From: Candidatus Thorarchaeota archaeon | GTDB taxonomy: Archaea; Asgardarchaeota; Thorarchaeia; Thorarchaeales; Thorarchaeaceae | Length of the DNA: 64,000 bases | Assembly (NCBI GenBank): GCA_048882045.1 | Contig: JBHLRZ010000001.1 | Span: 189,171 to 253,170, forward strand | Direction of reading: 5' to 3' | In this document: in pieces, positions 28,388 through 37,490 of the stretch | Layout of the letters: each line of letters begins with the position of its first letter | How positions within the stretch are numbered: position 1 is the first letter of the stretch | Made by a program: the position numbers and the translations under genes | The notes under the pieces: generated by a model | The model's input: the letters and a program-made list of their open reading frames with translations, nothing else | What the model was told of the DNA's origin: nothing | Database searches by the model: none

Positions 28388-28930
28388 TTACCAACCATTC
28401 CAGTGTACTATCTCAGACAGCTCACGTCTCGTTCTAGGCCTGTTTTCCTTTTCTCTTGTCCTTTCATCAAGCATCTCAGAATCTCCCTCGTAGCCGATGA
28501 AGACGACGGTCACGATCCGATACTCATCAGGAATTCCAGTCAACTCTTTCAATAACTCCTCATTCCAGCCCGCAGTTGGATGTCCTATGAGACCCAGATG
28601 AACAGTCTGAAGCAACATGTTCTCGACAGCAAGTCCCACATCCATCATGAAGTATGGCAGGCCATGTGATGGACATCCTCCATCTTCTTTCGCAGCTACA
28701 AGAATCATGATAGGTGCAGCTTTAGCGTATGCATTACCTCTACTCAATGCTTGATGTGCTTTTGTTAAGATTTCAGTGTCGCGGAGAACGATGAAATTCC
28801 ACGCTTGTTTATTCATGCAAGAAGGTGCCCATCTACCAGCTTCGAGAATTGATTCAACCATCTCATCAGAAACAGGTCTGTCTGAAAAAGCACGTCCACT
28901 TCGCCTTTTCCTAATTTCTTCTAGAATCAA
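28388..28930 (-). CDS. Nitroreductase family protein
   Basis: RRSGRAF, AGRWAPS..NKQAWNF, DVGLAVENMLL. Confidence 0.92.
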   Translation of the reverse strand: MILEEIRKRRSGRAFSDRPVSDEMVESILEAGRWAPSCMNKQAWNFIVLRDTEILTKAHQALSRGNAYAKAAPIMILVAAKEDGGCPSHGLPYFMMDVGLAVENMLLQTVHLGLIGHPTAGWNEELLKELTGIPDEYRIVTVVFIGYEGDSEMLDERTREKENRPRTRRELSEIVHWNGW

Positions 28931-28957
28931 AAATTACTCCCACAAATATTCAGTTAC

Positions 28958-29125
28958 TTACTCTTTTACTTCCATTACAGTTCCACAGTGCTCTGGAATG
29001 TCTTGATGACCACAAGTAGGACCCATCCAGCAAACTAACTGGTCTCCTTCCATGTGCATTTCCTTTCCGCAATGAACTGGAACTGAAACTTCTTTCCCGC
29101 ATTTCGGGCATACTAATTGTCCCAT
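28958..29125 (-). CDS. 55-aa metal-binding protein with two Cys/HCG repeats (desulforedoxin-like)
   Basis: Not in ORF track: MGQLVCPKCGKEVSVPVHCGKEMHMEGDQLVCWMGPTCGHQDIPEHCGTVMEVKE; AGGTGA RBS upstream. Confidence 0.8.
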   Translation of the reverse strand: MGQLVCPKCGKEVSVPVHCGKEMHMEGDQLVCWMGPTCGHQDIPEHCGTVMEVKE

Positions 29126-29205
29126 TTCGTATCACCTATCGAGTCAAGAACTCGATTCCATCCCTGATTTGTATTAACTATATTTAACATTGTTGATGGA
29201 TGAAT

Positions 29206-30465
29206 TCATTTTGGATAGTACTTGTCAATGGCTTCTCTATACACTTTTTCCTTTGTCTTATGAGCTCCAGGAGTGTCAAGTTCAATATCTCTCTTTTTTG
29301 ACTTGTCCTCAGAGAGGATCTCCCTGAACACCTCATTTTGGATGATTAGTCTCTGGACCTCATTGCTACCAGTCCAAATAGTCGCAAGTCGGGCATCTCG
29401 AAATAGTCTCTCAATCGGATAGACATCTGTGTATCCGATTCCGCCAAGAATCTGCATCGCTTCATGGACAGCGTTGTAACCTGCCTCTGTTGCAAAGACT
29501 TTGGCCTGAGAAACCTCCTTTCTGCACCATTGACCAGTATCCGCTTTCTTTGCAGCCCGAAAGACAAGACCCCTTGCAGCATCAAGTTGTGTCATGCAGT
29601 CTGCAACCTTAAAGCTGATTCCTTCAAACCGTTTTATCGGTTGACCAAAAGCCTCTCTTTTGTCAGCGTATCGTACAGCAATTTCGATAACAGCACGTCC
29701 CATACCAATCGGACCTGCAGCTGATGTCAACCTCTCAGGGACCATCATCGCATTGAATACTGCATTTCCATCGTTCAAGTCACCAACGAGGTTGGATTCA
29801 GGAATCTCAACATCATTCATTACAATCCTGGCTGCTCCCATGCCGCGGCAGCCCATGAGGTCATACTCTTCTTCAACCTTTACTCCCATATCTCGATCCA
29901 CAATGAACGCGCTCAATGATTCATGCGGTTTCGCATCAAAGTCAGTTTTTGCATATATTAGGAAATAATCTGCACCGATTCCTCCGGCTACGAATCGTTT
30001 CTCCCCATTGATGATGTACTTGTCACCTTGTTTCACTGCGGTTGTGTTTGTCCCAAAGAAGTCTGATCCACCCCTCGGTTCAGTGAGTCCTTCGCCACCG
30101 ATCTTCTTACCTTGTAACGTTGGAAGAAGGTACTCCTTCTTCAGTTCAGGAGTTCCAAACTTCTCAATACCTTCACCAACTATACTTGGAAGAGAATATG
30201 CACACCCCAATGCTATGCCAAGAACCCCAATTTCTTCGAGCACGACTATTTCTGAAACCCAACCAAGACCCCTCCCTCCATATTCTTTCGGAAATCTAAG
30301 ACCAAGGAGATTCTCCTTGGCGGCTGCTTTGATGAATTCGTAGGGGTATTCCTTTGTCTTTCCATCCATTGCGATAATTAATTCTCGGTCCACCTTCTCT
30401 CTGACGAAAGCTCTAGCTTCGTCACGGATTCGTTTCTCATCATCATTGAGCAAAATATCAAACAT
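29206..30465 (-). CDS. Acyl-CoA dehydrogenase
   Basis: LTEPRGGSD, INGEKRF, REAFGQPI, AMQILGGIGY, ERLFRDAR. Confidence 0.95.
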   Translation of the reverse strand: MFDILLNDDEKRIRDEARAFVREKVDRELIIAMDGKTKEYPYEFIKAAAKENLLGLRFPKEYGGRGLGWVSEIVVLEEIGVLGIALGCAYSLPSIVGEGIEKFGTPELKKEYLLPTLQGKKIGGEGLTEPRGGSDFFGTNTTAVKQGDKYIINGEKRFVAGGIGADYFLIYAKTDFDAKPHESLSAFIVDRDMGVKVEEEYDLMGCRGMGAARIVMNDVEIPESNLVGDLNDGNAVFNAMMVPERLTSAAGPIGMGRAVIEIAVRYADKREAFGQPIKRFEGISFKVADCMTQLDAARGLVFRAAKKADTGQWCRKEVSQAKVFATEAGYNAVHEAMQILGGIGYTDVYPIERLFRDARLATIWTGSNEVQRLIIQNEVFREILSEDKSKKRDIELDTPGAHKTKEKVYREAIDKYYPK

Positions 30466-30486
30466 TTTCCTGACCTCGTAGTTGAA

Positions 30487-30825
30487 CTAATAGCTATCCT
30501 GCAATAAAGACTTGAGGGTTTCTTGGGAGCCTCCTTCTCTTTTGATAGATATGGCATCGACAGGACAGACAATTTCGCAGACAAGACAGAATATGCAGCT
30601 GGACTCGTGAATTGGATCAACAACTCTGCGATCTTCCCAGTATGAGAAAACATTCGTAGGACAGGCAGTGATACATTTCTCACAACCAAAACACAATGAC
30701 ATATCGACTCCAACTATTACTCCATGGATTTCAGACGAGGTGTCCTCAGGAGATTGCCAGATTGGGTGTCCATTGTGTTGACCGATTTTTCTCCATGTGT
30801 CACGAAAAGATCTATCAATTGGCAC
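30487..30825 (-). CDS. 2[4Fe-4S] ferredoxin with N-terminal extension
   Basis: CFGCEKCITACP and CIFCLVCEIVCP. Confidence 0.9.
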   Translation of the reverse strand: MPIDRSFRDTWRKIGQHNGHPIWQSPEDTSSEIHGVIVGVDMSLCFGCEKCITACPTNVFSYWEDRRVVDPIHESSCIFCLVCEIVCPVDAISIKREGGSQETLKSLLQDSY

Positions 30826-30866
30826 GATAATGTCACAGCTCGAATCCCTTTTAGAAACTGTGGAAA

Positions 30867-31625
30867 CTAGATAAACTTCGATCTATAGGCCTGTAGTAAT
30901 GAAGCGAGGAGTCTGGCTGTTTCCACGAGTTTGTCCCAGAATCTCTCAGCACCGTCAGCTGAATTGAGCTGGAGTTCGATGTCAAAATTGTGTGGGCCAT
31001 AGCTTGGAATCCAGCCACTTATGTCAGCGAGTGTGAACAGGTGAGCAGACGAGCGGGGATAGATTCGTTCATCAAACATAACGTAGGGGAGGTATGGATC
31101 TCTGTCTAGATGATCTTTGGCTAGTCCAGAACAACTCTGGGTGGTTTGAAATCCCAGTTCATTCAGCTCTTTAATGTGAGGTTTGATTGATTCGTCGATA
31201 AGGTGAAGAATGGATTCAACGGGTATCAACTCGTGTTGAGGCCCTTCCCAGTTCTTTCTGTACCATTGAATTTCATAATAGACCCAAGGTGAGCTGGGGA
31301 TTATTCCATGCAATAGTCCCTGTTTGTACTGCTCGAGTGATTTCATGACATCTTCGAGGGTCGTAAGTAGCTTCATCCAAGTCTTGAATTTGTCAGAATC
31401 GTTTGATAGGCTGGAGAGAAGGACATTGGCAGATGAAAGGAGCTCAGGTTCCCAAGAGGACACGTCAGCGATTGTAAAAAGATGAGCCTCGATTCCAGGA
31501 TAGCTAGTATGATCAAATTCAATCTGGGGTCGATTGTCACTATCAATCCCTAGAGTATAATCAGTCACCAAGACACCATGATCTGAGAGCGTGTTGATTC
31601 GTTTCCTTATTGCATCAGAACTCAT
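30867..31625 (-). CDS. Hypothetical protein with internal duplication and TxxSCSG motif
   Basis: Two halves share FD...YP...AHLFT.AD.S.W.P. Confidence 0.65.
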   Translation of the reverse strand: MSSDAIRKRINTLSDHGVLVTDYTLGIDSDNRPQIEFDHTSYPGIEAHLFTIADVSSWEPELLSSANVLLSSLSNDSDKFKTWMKLLTTLEDVMKSLEQYKQGLLHGIIPSSPWVYYEIQWYRKNWEGPQHELIPVESILHLIDESIKPHIKELNELGFQTTQSCSGLAKDHLDRDPYLPYVMFDERIYPRSSAHLFTLADISGWIPSYGPHNFDIELQLNSADGAERFWDKLVETARLLASLLQAYRSKFI

Positions 31626-31710
31626 TATGCATATGTGTCCTGGAGTGCTTATGTATCTCCCGAAGTTGTTAAGTGAGGGCTCTGTCCAAGTACAAGGGGG
31701 ATGTCCAAAG

Positions 31711-32466
31711 ATGACCGAGCGTTTGGCTCAATTCGAAGAGATCTATGATATTGTTATTCAGAACCCAAAGAAAGTGCCTGTTGAAACAAGGAAACACTTC
31801 TGGAAGTTGGTCCGTCAGATAAAGAGAGATCCCAGACCAGACAAGGCAGAGATTCTGAAAGCAGCTGAGATTAGAAATCTCTTGTTTGAAGTAGATAGAG
31901 GGAAAACATACCCTCTTGGTCCTGCGTTATTGCTGGAGAGTATAGCAGGAATATTGGCTATATTTGGTTACATATGGCTACTGGGAACACCATTGGATTG
32001 GAGTGGTCTTTTCACTTGGACTTTGTCAGGCTGGATTGTGTTCTTCTTTCGATTTCTTTGTGTATTCTTTGCTATCGCGTTTCTTTTCCCTGTAGGGAGA
32101 GTTATTGGAAGCAAATGGGCTGGGATTAGACTTCTCGGTATGTCTACTTCACAACGTAATGAACCAGCCGTAAAGATAGATTATGTGACCTTTCTCATGG
32201 CTCCAGCCTCAAAACGAAAATGGTTCTTTTTCTTCTCTGGAGTATGGAACATCATAACATCATTGTGGTTAGGGATTCTTGGGATGTATCTTGCATGGGA
32301 TTATACATCACTCATAGTAATGACTGTGTTTGCTCTTTTTGAAGGAGCGGTTGTTTTGAGTGGGAACCCTTCATCAGGGTGGGGAGAGATGGGAAATTAT
32401 AATCGCGAAAAGCGAATTGAAAGAGCATGGAAAAAGAACTTGGCTAAGTTTGGAGGAAACAGGTGA
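31711..32466 (+). CDS. Hypothetical membrane protein
   Basis: Soluble N-terminus then about four TM helices; ATG 31711 avoids overlap with the upstream gene. Confidence 0.65.
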   Translation: MTERLAQFEEIYDIVIQNPKKVPVETRKHFWKLVRQIKRDPRPDKAEILKAAEIRNLLFEVDRGKTYPLGPALLLESIAGILAIFGYIWLLGTPLDWSGLFTWTLSGWIVFFFRFLCVFFAIAFLFPVGRVIGSKWAGIRLLGMSTSQRNEPAVKIDYVTFLMAPASKRKWFFFFSGVWNIITSLWLGILGMYLAWDYTSLIVMTVFALFEGAVVLSGNPSSGWGEMGNYNREKRIERAWKKNLAKFGGNR

Positions 32467-32469
32467 AAT

Positions 32470-33369
32470 TCACCATCTCTCATTAATTTTTGCATCCTGC
32501 AACATATATTCTATAACACTTGGCCAAATGGTCCCATCATCACGTGCCTTGTTCTCGAAATTATTCGTGTTTGTCCATTCTTCAAGAGCTGATTTTTCCC
32601 GTTCGGAAAACTCGTCACTCACTGGTTTGTCCAAGAATCCAAGCTTGATCAATGCGTTCTGAATCAATTTTGCTACCTTCCCTTCGATTGTGATCAAGGT
32701 TCCAGGATCCTCTCTACTTAGGAGTGTCATGTCATATATTTTGAAGATTCGTTCAAGTTCATCAATTGGGCTTGGATGTTCATCGACTCTAACGTCAACA
32801 TATCTGTCATTTCCACCCTCATATCCTCCACCCTCACGAACAACGAATATTGCGGCAGACTGCATTCCCCTACTATCTCCACCAGCTGCTTGGCCTGCTT
32901 TGAGGCCAGCAAACAACTTGTCAATTAGGTCACCCTCTGTACTCTCAAAAGCACTGGCCATGTTGACAACTACAGCTTCTCTTGCAAGGATGTTACCTTG
33001 ACAAGCATATCCTTCACCGATGATATGACCAGCCCATTCCATACATTCTTTTCCAGTATGTGAAACAGCCTTTCCATTTGTGTCTACAATTCCAATCTGT
33101 CGATGCTCTCGACCATCATCTGCATCAAGTAAAATCTTGAGAGTTTTGGAGGCACTCTTCCTCTCTTCAAGAAGAACCAGTCCTTTAGGTCCATATCCGA
33201 CATTAGCCCAAGCCTGGGTAGCAATTGCTCCAACGTTGGCTTTTGCCCAAGGAACCACAGAACCAACAGCTGGAAATTTCGATTGAACAATGACACCAAG
33301 ATCCCCATTTACTGGATCTCGAGCGACAATTGAGAATGTTGAGGGACAACTCTTCTTTGACATCATCAC
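32470..33369 (-). CDS. DUF1028 family Ntn-hydrolase-like protein
   Basis: TFSIVARD, VGAIATQA, RQIGIVD, QGNILA, GGDSRG.QSAA, DVRVDEH. Confidence 0.92.
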   Translation of the reverse strand: MMMSKKSCPSTFSIVARDPVNGDLGVIVQSKFPAVGSVVPWAKANVGAIATQAWANVGYGPKGLVLLEERKSASKTLKILLDADDGREHRQIGIVDTNGKAVSHTGKECMEWAGHIIGEGYACQGNILAREAVVVNMASAFESTEGDLIDKLFAGLKAGQAAGGDSRGMQSAAIFVVREGGGYEGGNDRYVDVRVDEHPSPIDELERIFKIYDMTLLSREDPGTLITIEGKVAKLIQNALIKLGFLDKPVSDEFSEREKSALEEWTNTNNFENKARDDGTIWPSVIEYMLQDAKINERW

Positions 33370-33517
33370 TGAACTCCTTTAGCTGCTAAAACTGGATAGG
33401 GGAAATCCCTGTATTTAGGCAATCCGATTAGATTGGCGAGTTATGAAAGTGCCATTATTTTTTAGGGAAACCTTTTCTTGCAGGAACCTAGGCGAGATAG
33501 TAGGGAGGACACTGAGA

Positions 33518-34012
33518 TTGACTGCTGAAATCTTCATCAGGTATATGACAACAAGTGGACTAGAGAAGTCTATGCGTTATGACACAGATGAAACAAGAAT
33601 CAATCTCGATGTCCGTGACATTGCAGAGATTGATCTTCTTCCCATTATCTGGTGCGAAAATCTAGAATCGATTAGTATCAGAAGCAACAACCTCACAGAA
33701 ATAGATCTCTCACCATTGGAGAAGGTAGGAAGGAATGTAAAGGCAGTTCGGTTGAGCCACAATCGTATTCAAGAAATTGATCTTGAACCTCTTAGCTCAT
33801 GTCCTAACCTTGAAGAATTTTCGATTACTGAAAACCGTCTGAAAAGAATAGATCTTTCCCCTCTGTTTCAATGTCCATATCTCAAGGAGCTAAATATTGA
33901 CGATGATGTTTCACTTACTGCAAACCTTCTTCTTAGGTCCGTTGGGAGTTGGCCAGAGGTTCTGATTGAAAAATATCACAAAATTCTGTGGAAGAGTGAC
34001 ACTACAGAGTAG
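33518..34012 (+). CDS. Leucine-rich repeat protein
   Basis: Repeated LxxLxLxxNxLxxIDLxPL units; GGGAGG RBS before TTG 33518. Confidence 0.85.
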   Translation: MTAEIFIRYMTTSGLEKSMRYDTDETRINLDVRDIAEIDLLPIIWCENLESISIRSNNLTEIDLSPLEKVGRNVKAVRLSHNRIQEIDLEPLSSCPNLEEFSITENRLKRIDLSPLFQCPYLKELNIDDDVSLTANLLLRSVGSWPEVLIEKYHKILWKSDTTE

Positions 34013-34027
34013 CAGGAGGTTCTTCTT

Positions 34028-34831
34028 TTGAACTTTGGAATTGAAGGAAAACACATCCTAATCACTGGAGCATCGGGAGGAATAGGACTAGTCACAGCAC
34101 GTATGTTCCTAGAAGAAGGAGCTATAGTCACTGGCACATACAAGACTTCAGATGAGTCAATGCAGGAGCTCAAGGCAAAATACTCTGACTCTCTGAAAAT
34201 CATCAGAGTGGACCAGACATCCGAAGAGGAGGTCCGGAACCTGTTTGATGATGCATATCAGACATTTGGCCGTGTTGATGTACTCGTTGCAAATGCAGCC
34301 ATTTCCAATCCTGAAGGACGGGCTATTCAAGACATGACCCTAGACCAATGGAATGAAACCCTTCGTGTGAATCTTACAGGTTCCTTTCTCTGCGCGAAAT
34401 ACTTCTTTTCGAACTTAGAGAAGTATCCTGGAGATTCAGCATCTTTGATTTTGGTAGGTTCGACTGCAGGACTATTTGGTGAAGCATGGTATGTCGATTA
34501 TTCTACATCAAAAGCCGCAATGCATGGAATGATGATGAGTCTGAAAAACGAAATAGTTCATCTCGCTCCAAGAGGACGAGTTAATCTTGTGAATCCAGGT
34601 TGGACGATGACACCCATGGCTGAGAAAGCACTCAGTGACCGAGATATGGTAAGACGGATTCATCAAACCATCCCTATGCGTAAGACAGCTGTACCAGAAG
34701 ACATAGCTGGAGCGATTCTATATCTGGCGTCAGACAAGCTCGCAGGACATGTAAGTGGACAGACGATAACTGTTGCAGGCGGCATGGAGGGGCGGGTCCT
34801 ATTTACTCTAGAAGAAGTGGATTCTACTTAG
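34028..34831 (+). CDS. SDR family oxidoreductase
   Basis: TGASGGIG, NAA, YSTSK. Confidence 0.93.
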   Translation: MNFGIEGKHILITGASGGIGLVTARMFLEEGAIVTGTYKTSDESMQELKAKYSDSLKIIRVDQTSEEEVRNLFDDAYQTFGRVDVLVANAAISNPEGRAIQDMTLDQWNETLRVNLTGSFLCAKYFFSNLEKYPGDSASLILVGSTAGLFGEAWYVDYSTSKAAMHGMMMSLKNEIVHLAPRGRVNLVNPGWTMTPMAEKALSDRDMVRRIHQTIPMRKTAVPEDIAGAILYLASDKLAGHVSGQTITVAGGMEGRVLFTLEEVDST

Positions 34832-35085
34832 CGACGATCATCGTCAGAGTGTTTCTGAAAGGTTTTTGTTTTCTTGCGTTCTTTCTTCTTACCAACTGGA
34901 AATGGCATTGCGCCGGTTTTCCGAGCAGAGTGGTAGGCTCCACCAGCTACATCCTCAGAACCCGGAGCGTACAGCATGACCTGCTTTTGGGGCGTTGGTT
35001 GTCCTTGCGACCTTCTGCCTTTGAAGACGGAGAGTAAAACCAGTGGAATTACTACCAATATTCCAAATATTACGATCCAGATCAT
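34828..35085 (-). CDS. Small single-TM protein with basic tail
   Basis: N-terminal TM helix, Lys/Arg-rich C-terminus. Confidence 0.55.
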   Translation of the reverse strand: MIWIVIFGILVVIPLVLLSVFKGRRSQGQPTPQKQVMLYAPGSEDVAGGAYHSARKTGAMPFPVGKKKERKKTKTFQKHSDDDRR

Positions 35086-35163
35086 TTGATCACTAATTCA
35101 CATGAGAGCATTTAGAGTTTCGCAAAATTGAAGTTATGTGAATACTGTGAGTTGAAGTTTCAA

Positions 35164-35925
35164 ATGAGTTCTTTCGATGACATTGCATTGGCCTATGATG
35201 AGGCAATCGACTGGGAGAGAAGACTCGCCAGAGAGATTCCGTTTATTGTTTCACGTCTTGGGGAACCTGAAGGAAAACGAGTTCTAGATCTGGCTTGTGG
35301 GACTGGAAGACATGCTGCTGCTATTTCTCAAAAAGGAGCGGAAGTTGTGGGGATAGATAATAGTAAGAGTATGCTGTTGAGAGCCAAGGAACATGCTGAT
35401 TCCCTTGGAGTCAAACCACATTTCGTCCTTGGAGAAATGAGCAAATTCAAAACTCTGGTTTCAGATGCATTCGACCTAGTAATCTGCTTGGGAAATTCTC
35501 TTGCTCTCCTAGATAGTTTCAGCGCACTTGAGAATGTACTCTCCTCGGTCTATGACTCACTCGTGACGAGTGGTGTATTTGTTGCACAGGTCCTCAATTT
35601 CGAAGAGATACATAGGACTGGATTCAGATTCTTCCCTCAGAAGGGGGGAAAGCTGGGTACGGGAGAAGATGTTGTGTTTTCAAGGTTCTATGACCACACA
35701 GACCCTCCAAACTCATCAACTCTAGTGATGACTGCTCAGGTTAAAACAGATGGAAAATGGACGTCCCTAGTTTCGACCCAGAAGGTACTGAATCTTACCT
35801 CTGACATGATGATTCGCTCTTTGGCTCAATCAGGTTTCCGAGAAACGAGGTTCTATTCAGACTATTCAGAGTCGCTCTTTGTTGGGAGTGATGACCGAAA
35901 TATGGTCATTCACTCCCGGAGATGA
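35164..35925 (+). CDS. Class I SAM-dependent methyltransferase (glycine/sarcosine N-methyltransferase-like)
   Basis: VLDLACGTGRH, FDLVICLGNSL. Confidence 0.88.
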   Translation: MSSFDDIALAYDEAIDWERRLAREIPFIVSRLGEPEGKRVLDLACGTGRHAAAISQKGAEVVGIDNSKSMLLRAKEHADSLGVKPHFVLGEMSKFKTLVSDAFDLVICLGNSLALLDSFSALENVLSSVYDSLVTSGVFVAQVLNFEEIHRTGFRFFPQKGGKLGTGEDVVFSRFYDHTDPPNSSTLVMTAQVKTDGKWTSLVSTQKVLNLTSDMMIRSLAQSGFRETRFYSDYSESLFVGSDDRNMVIHSRR

Positions 35926-35927
35926 GA

Positions 35928-37415
35928 TCATATGCTGGTTTTTCGTCGACCAATCACTATGACGAGAACCACGATTCCAGCTATGCTAGCAGAAAGTAGG
36001 ATGAGAGGGGGTTCTTCAGTCCCCTGTAAAGCTCTGTCAAGTGCGTCTGCTGTAGCATCCCAGATATCAGCAATTGCATTGAGATGGGTTCTAATCTCTG
36101 CCAAATCCTCATCGTACACAGACACAGCTGATGACAAATCCCCATCAAGTACATGTTCAAACTGATAGGCAATTTTCTCGAAAGTCTTTGTCACCATCTT
36201 TACGCCTCCTGTATAGAAAGGAGTGTTGGCAGTTGAATTATCCGCGAATTGCTCGAAATGTTCTAGAGCTAACTTGCCTTCCGAAACGAAATTCTGTAGA
36301 TCGATATCTGGTAGTACTTTGGGGATTGCATCAATTGCAGCCTGATATGCCACAGATTGCTGGGTTAAGCATAATTCTAGCTTGATACCGAGATCTTGGA
36401 GAATAATGGATTTTGTATGCAAATTGTACTCATCAAATTCATCCATGAATGATGATAGTCCTGTATCAGTGAGGTCGCCAGCCATCGCTCTGAATGCATT
36501 AGAACCATAATTCCAGAAGAATGTATCTTCAGATCCAGGTGCATAGGAGTTTCTATCGCCGCGTAATCTGTTTAAAATGTAGTTTACAAGATTGTAGGTG
36601 AAGTCCTCACTACGGCCTGGACCTGGTTTGACTATAGTCATAGCATAAAATCCAAGCCAAGCTTGATTCAATGATGTGAAATTAATCTCATAGAACCAGC
36701 TTCCATCTTCAGGGTATGATGCTGGGTCATCAAACAATCCAATTGCTGGATCCATAACTTGAGCTATACCTGAGGTTTCGTTGTAGCCAGTAATTAAAAC
36801 CAAATGGGTAGGAGTGATATCAGTTACGCCCAAACTTCTGATGATATCGTAATCAGAGGCAGGGAGGTTCTGCAGGTTCACCCAGATTCCGACTGGAAAA
36901 CCACAATCTATTCCATTTTTCAGAATCTGAATTGCATCATCCCAACCATCAACCTCGGTCCAGTTGACGTTACGCGATTCCAAAATTAACGCGAAGGGGG
37001 GACCTAAGTCTGTACTATCAGTATCTATATAGAATTCCACTTTGAAACCGAAAAGGTCTGCAAAGGTGGCAAGAGTCCTCTGTTGTTGATACATCGATCC
37101 AGCCAAAAACAACCAGATGTCTTCATATCGAATATAACCAGCTGTGAATCCTACTCCTGAAGCAGCCAACACTCCTGCAAGATCTAGGTTAACTCCGATC
37201 TTCTGTAGTGCCATTGATACAGTTGCCCATTGGCAGAAACCATTAATTTCTTGCCATACATACGGAACATCCGTCACCTCTCCGGAGTCAGCTGATAAAC
37301 CATAACCAGTTTTCATTAGACTATCAGTGTCAACTGGCGATTCTCTTGGAACACCTATACTGAGTAAGATTACAATCACAATAATTACTCCAGTTGTATT
37401 CTGAACGTGTTTCAA
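35928..37415 (-). CDS. Surface-anchored C39-like cysteine peptidase
   Basis: Signal peptide, VPYVWQ...FCQWA (Q,C), THLVLITGY (H), MDP (D), C-terminal TM plus RRK; AGGAGG RBS before TTG 37415. Confidence 0.75.
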   Translation of the reverse strand: MKHVQNTTGVIIVIVILLSIGVPRESPVDTDSLMKTGYGLSADSGEVTDVPYVWQEINGFCQWATVSMALQKIGVNLDLAGVLAASGVGFTAGYIRYEDIWLFLAGSMYQQQRTLATFADLFGFKVEFYIDTDSTDLGPPFALILESRNVNWTEVDGWDDAIQILKNGIDCGFPVGIWVNLQNLPASDYDIIRSLGVTDITPTHLVLITGYNETSGIAQVMDPAIGLFDDPASYPEDGSWFYEINFTSLNQAWLGFYAMTIVKPGPGRSEDFTYNLVNYILNRLRGDRNSYAPGSEDTFFWNYGSNAFRAMAGDLTDTGLSSFMDEFDEYNLHTKSIILQDLGIKLELCLTQQSVAYQAAIDAIPKVLPDIDLQNFVSEGKLALEHFEQFADNSTANTPFYTGGVKMVTKTFEKIAYQFEHVLDGDLSSAVSVYDEDLAEIRTHLNAIADIWDATADALDRALQGTEEPPLILLSASIAGIVVLVIVIGRRKTSI

Positions 37416-37439
37416 TCCGATTCCTCCTGAGAAACAGTT

Positions 37440-37485
37440 GTGGCAAGGTGGAGCTACCAACACCAAAGAACTCCACCTTTGCCAC
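37440..37485 (-). terminator. Stable hairpin just after the ABC permease stop
   Basis: GTGGCAAGGTGGAG / CTCCACCTTTGCCAC inverted repeat (one bulge). Confidence 0.5.
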
Positions 37486-37490
37486 TCTCT

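Noticed and set aside
28950-29135. 61-aa ORF in the track
   Set aside because: The alternative frame 28958-29125 gives a coherent Cys/His repeat protein with an RBS.
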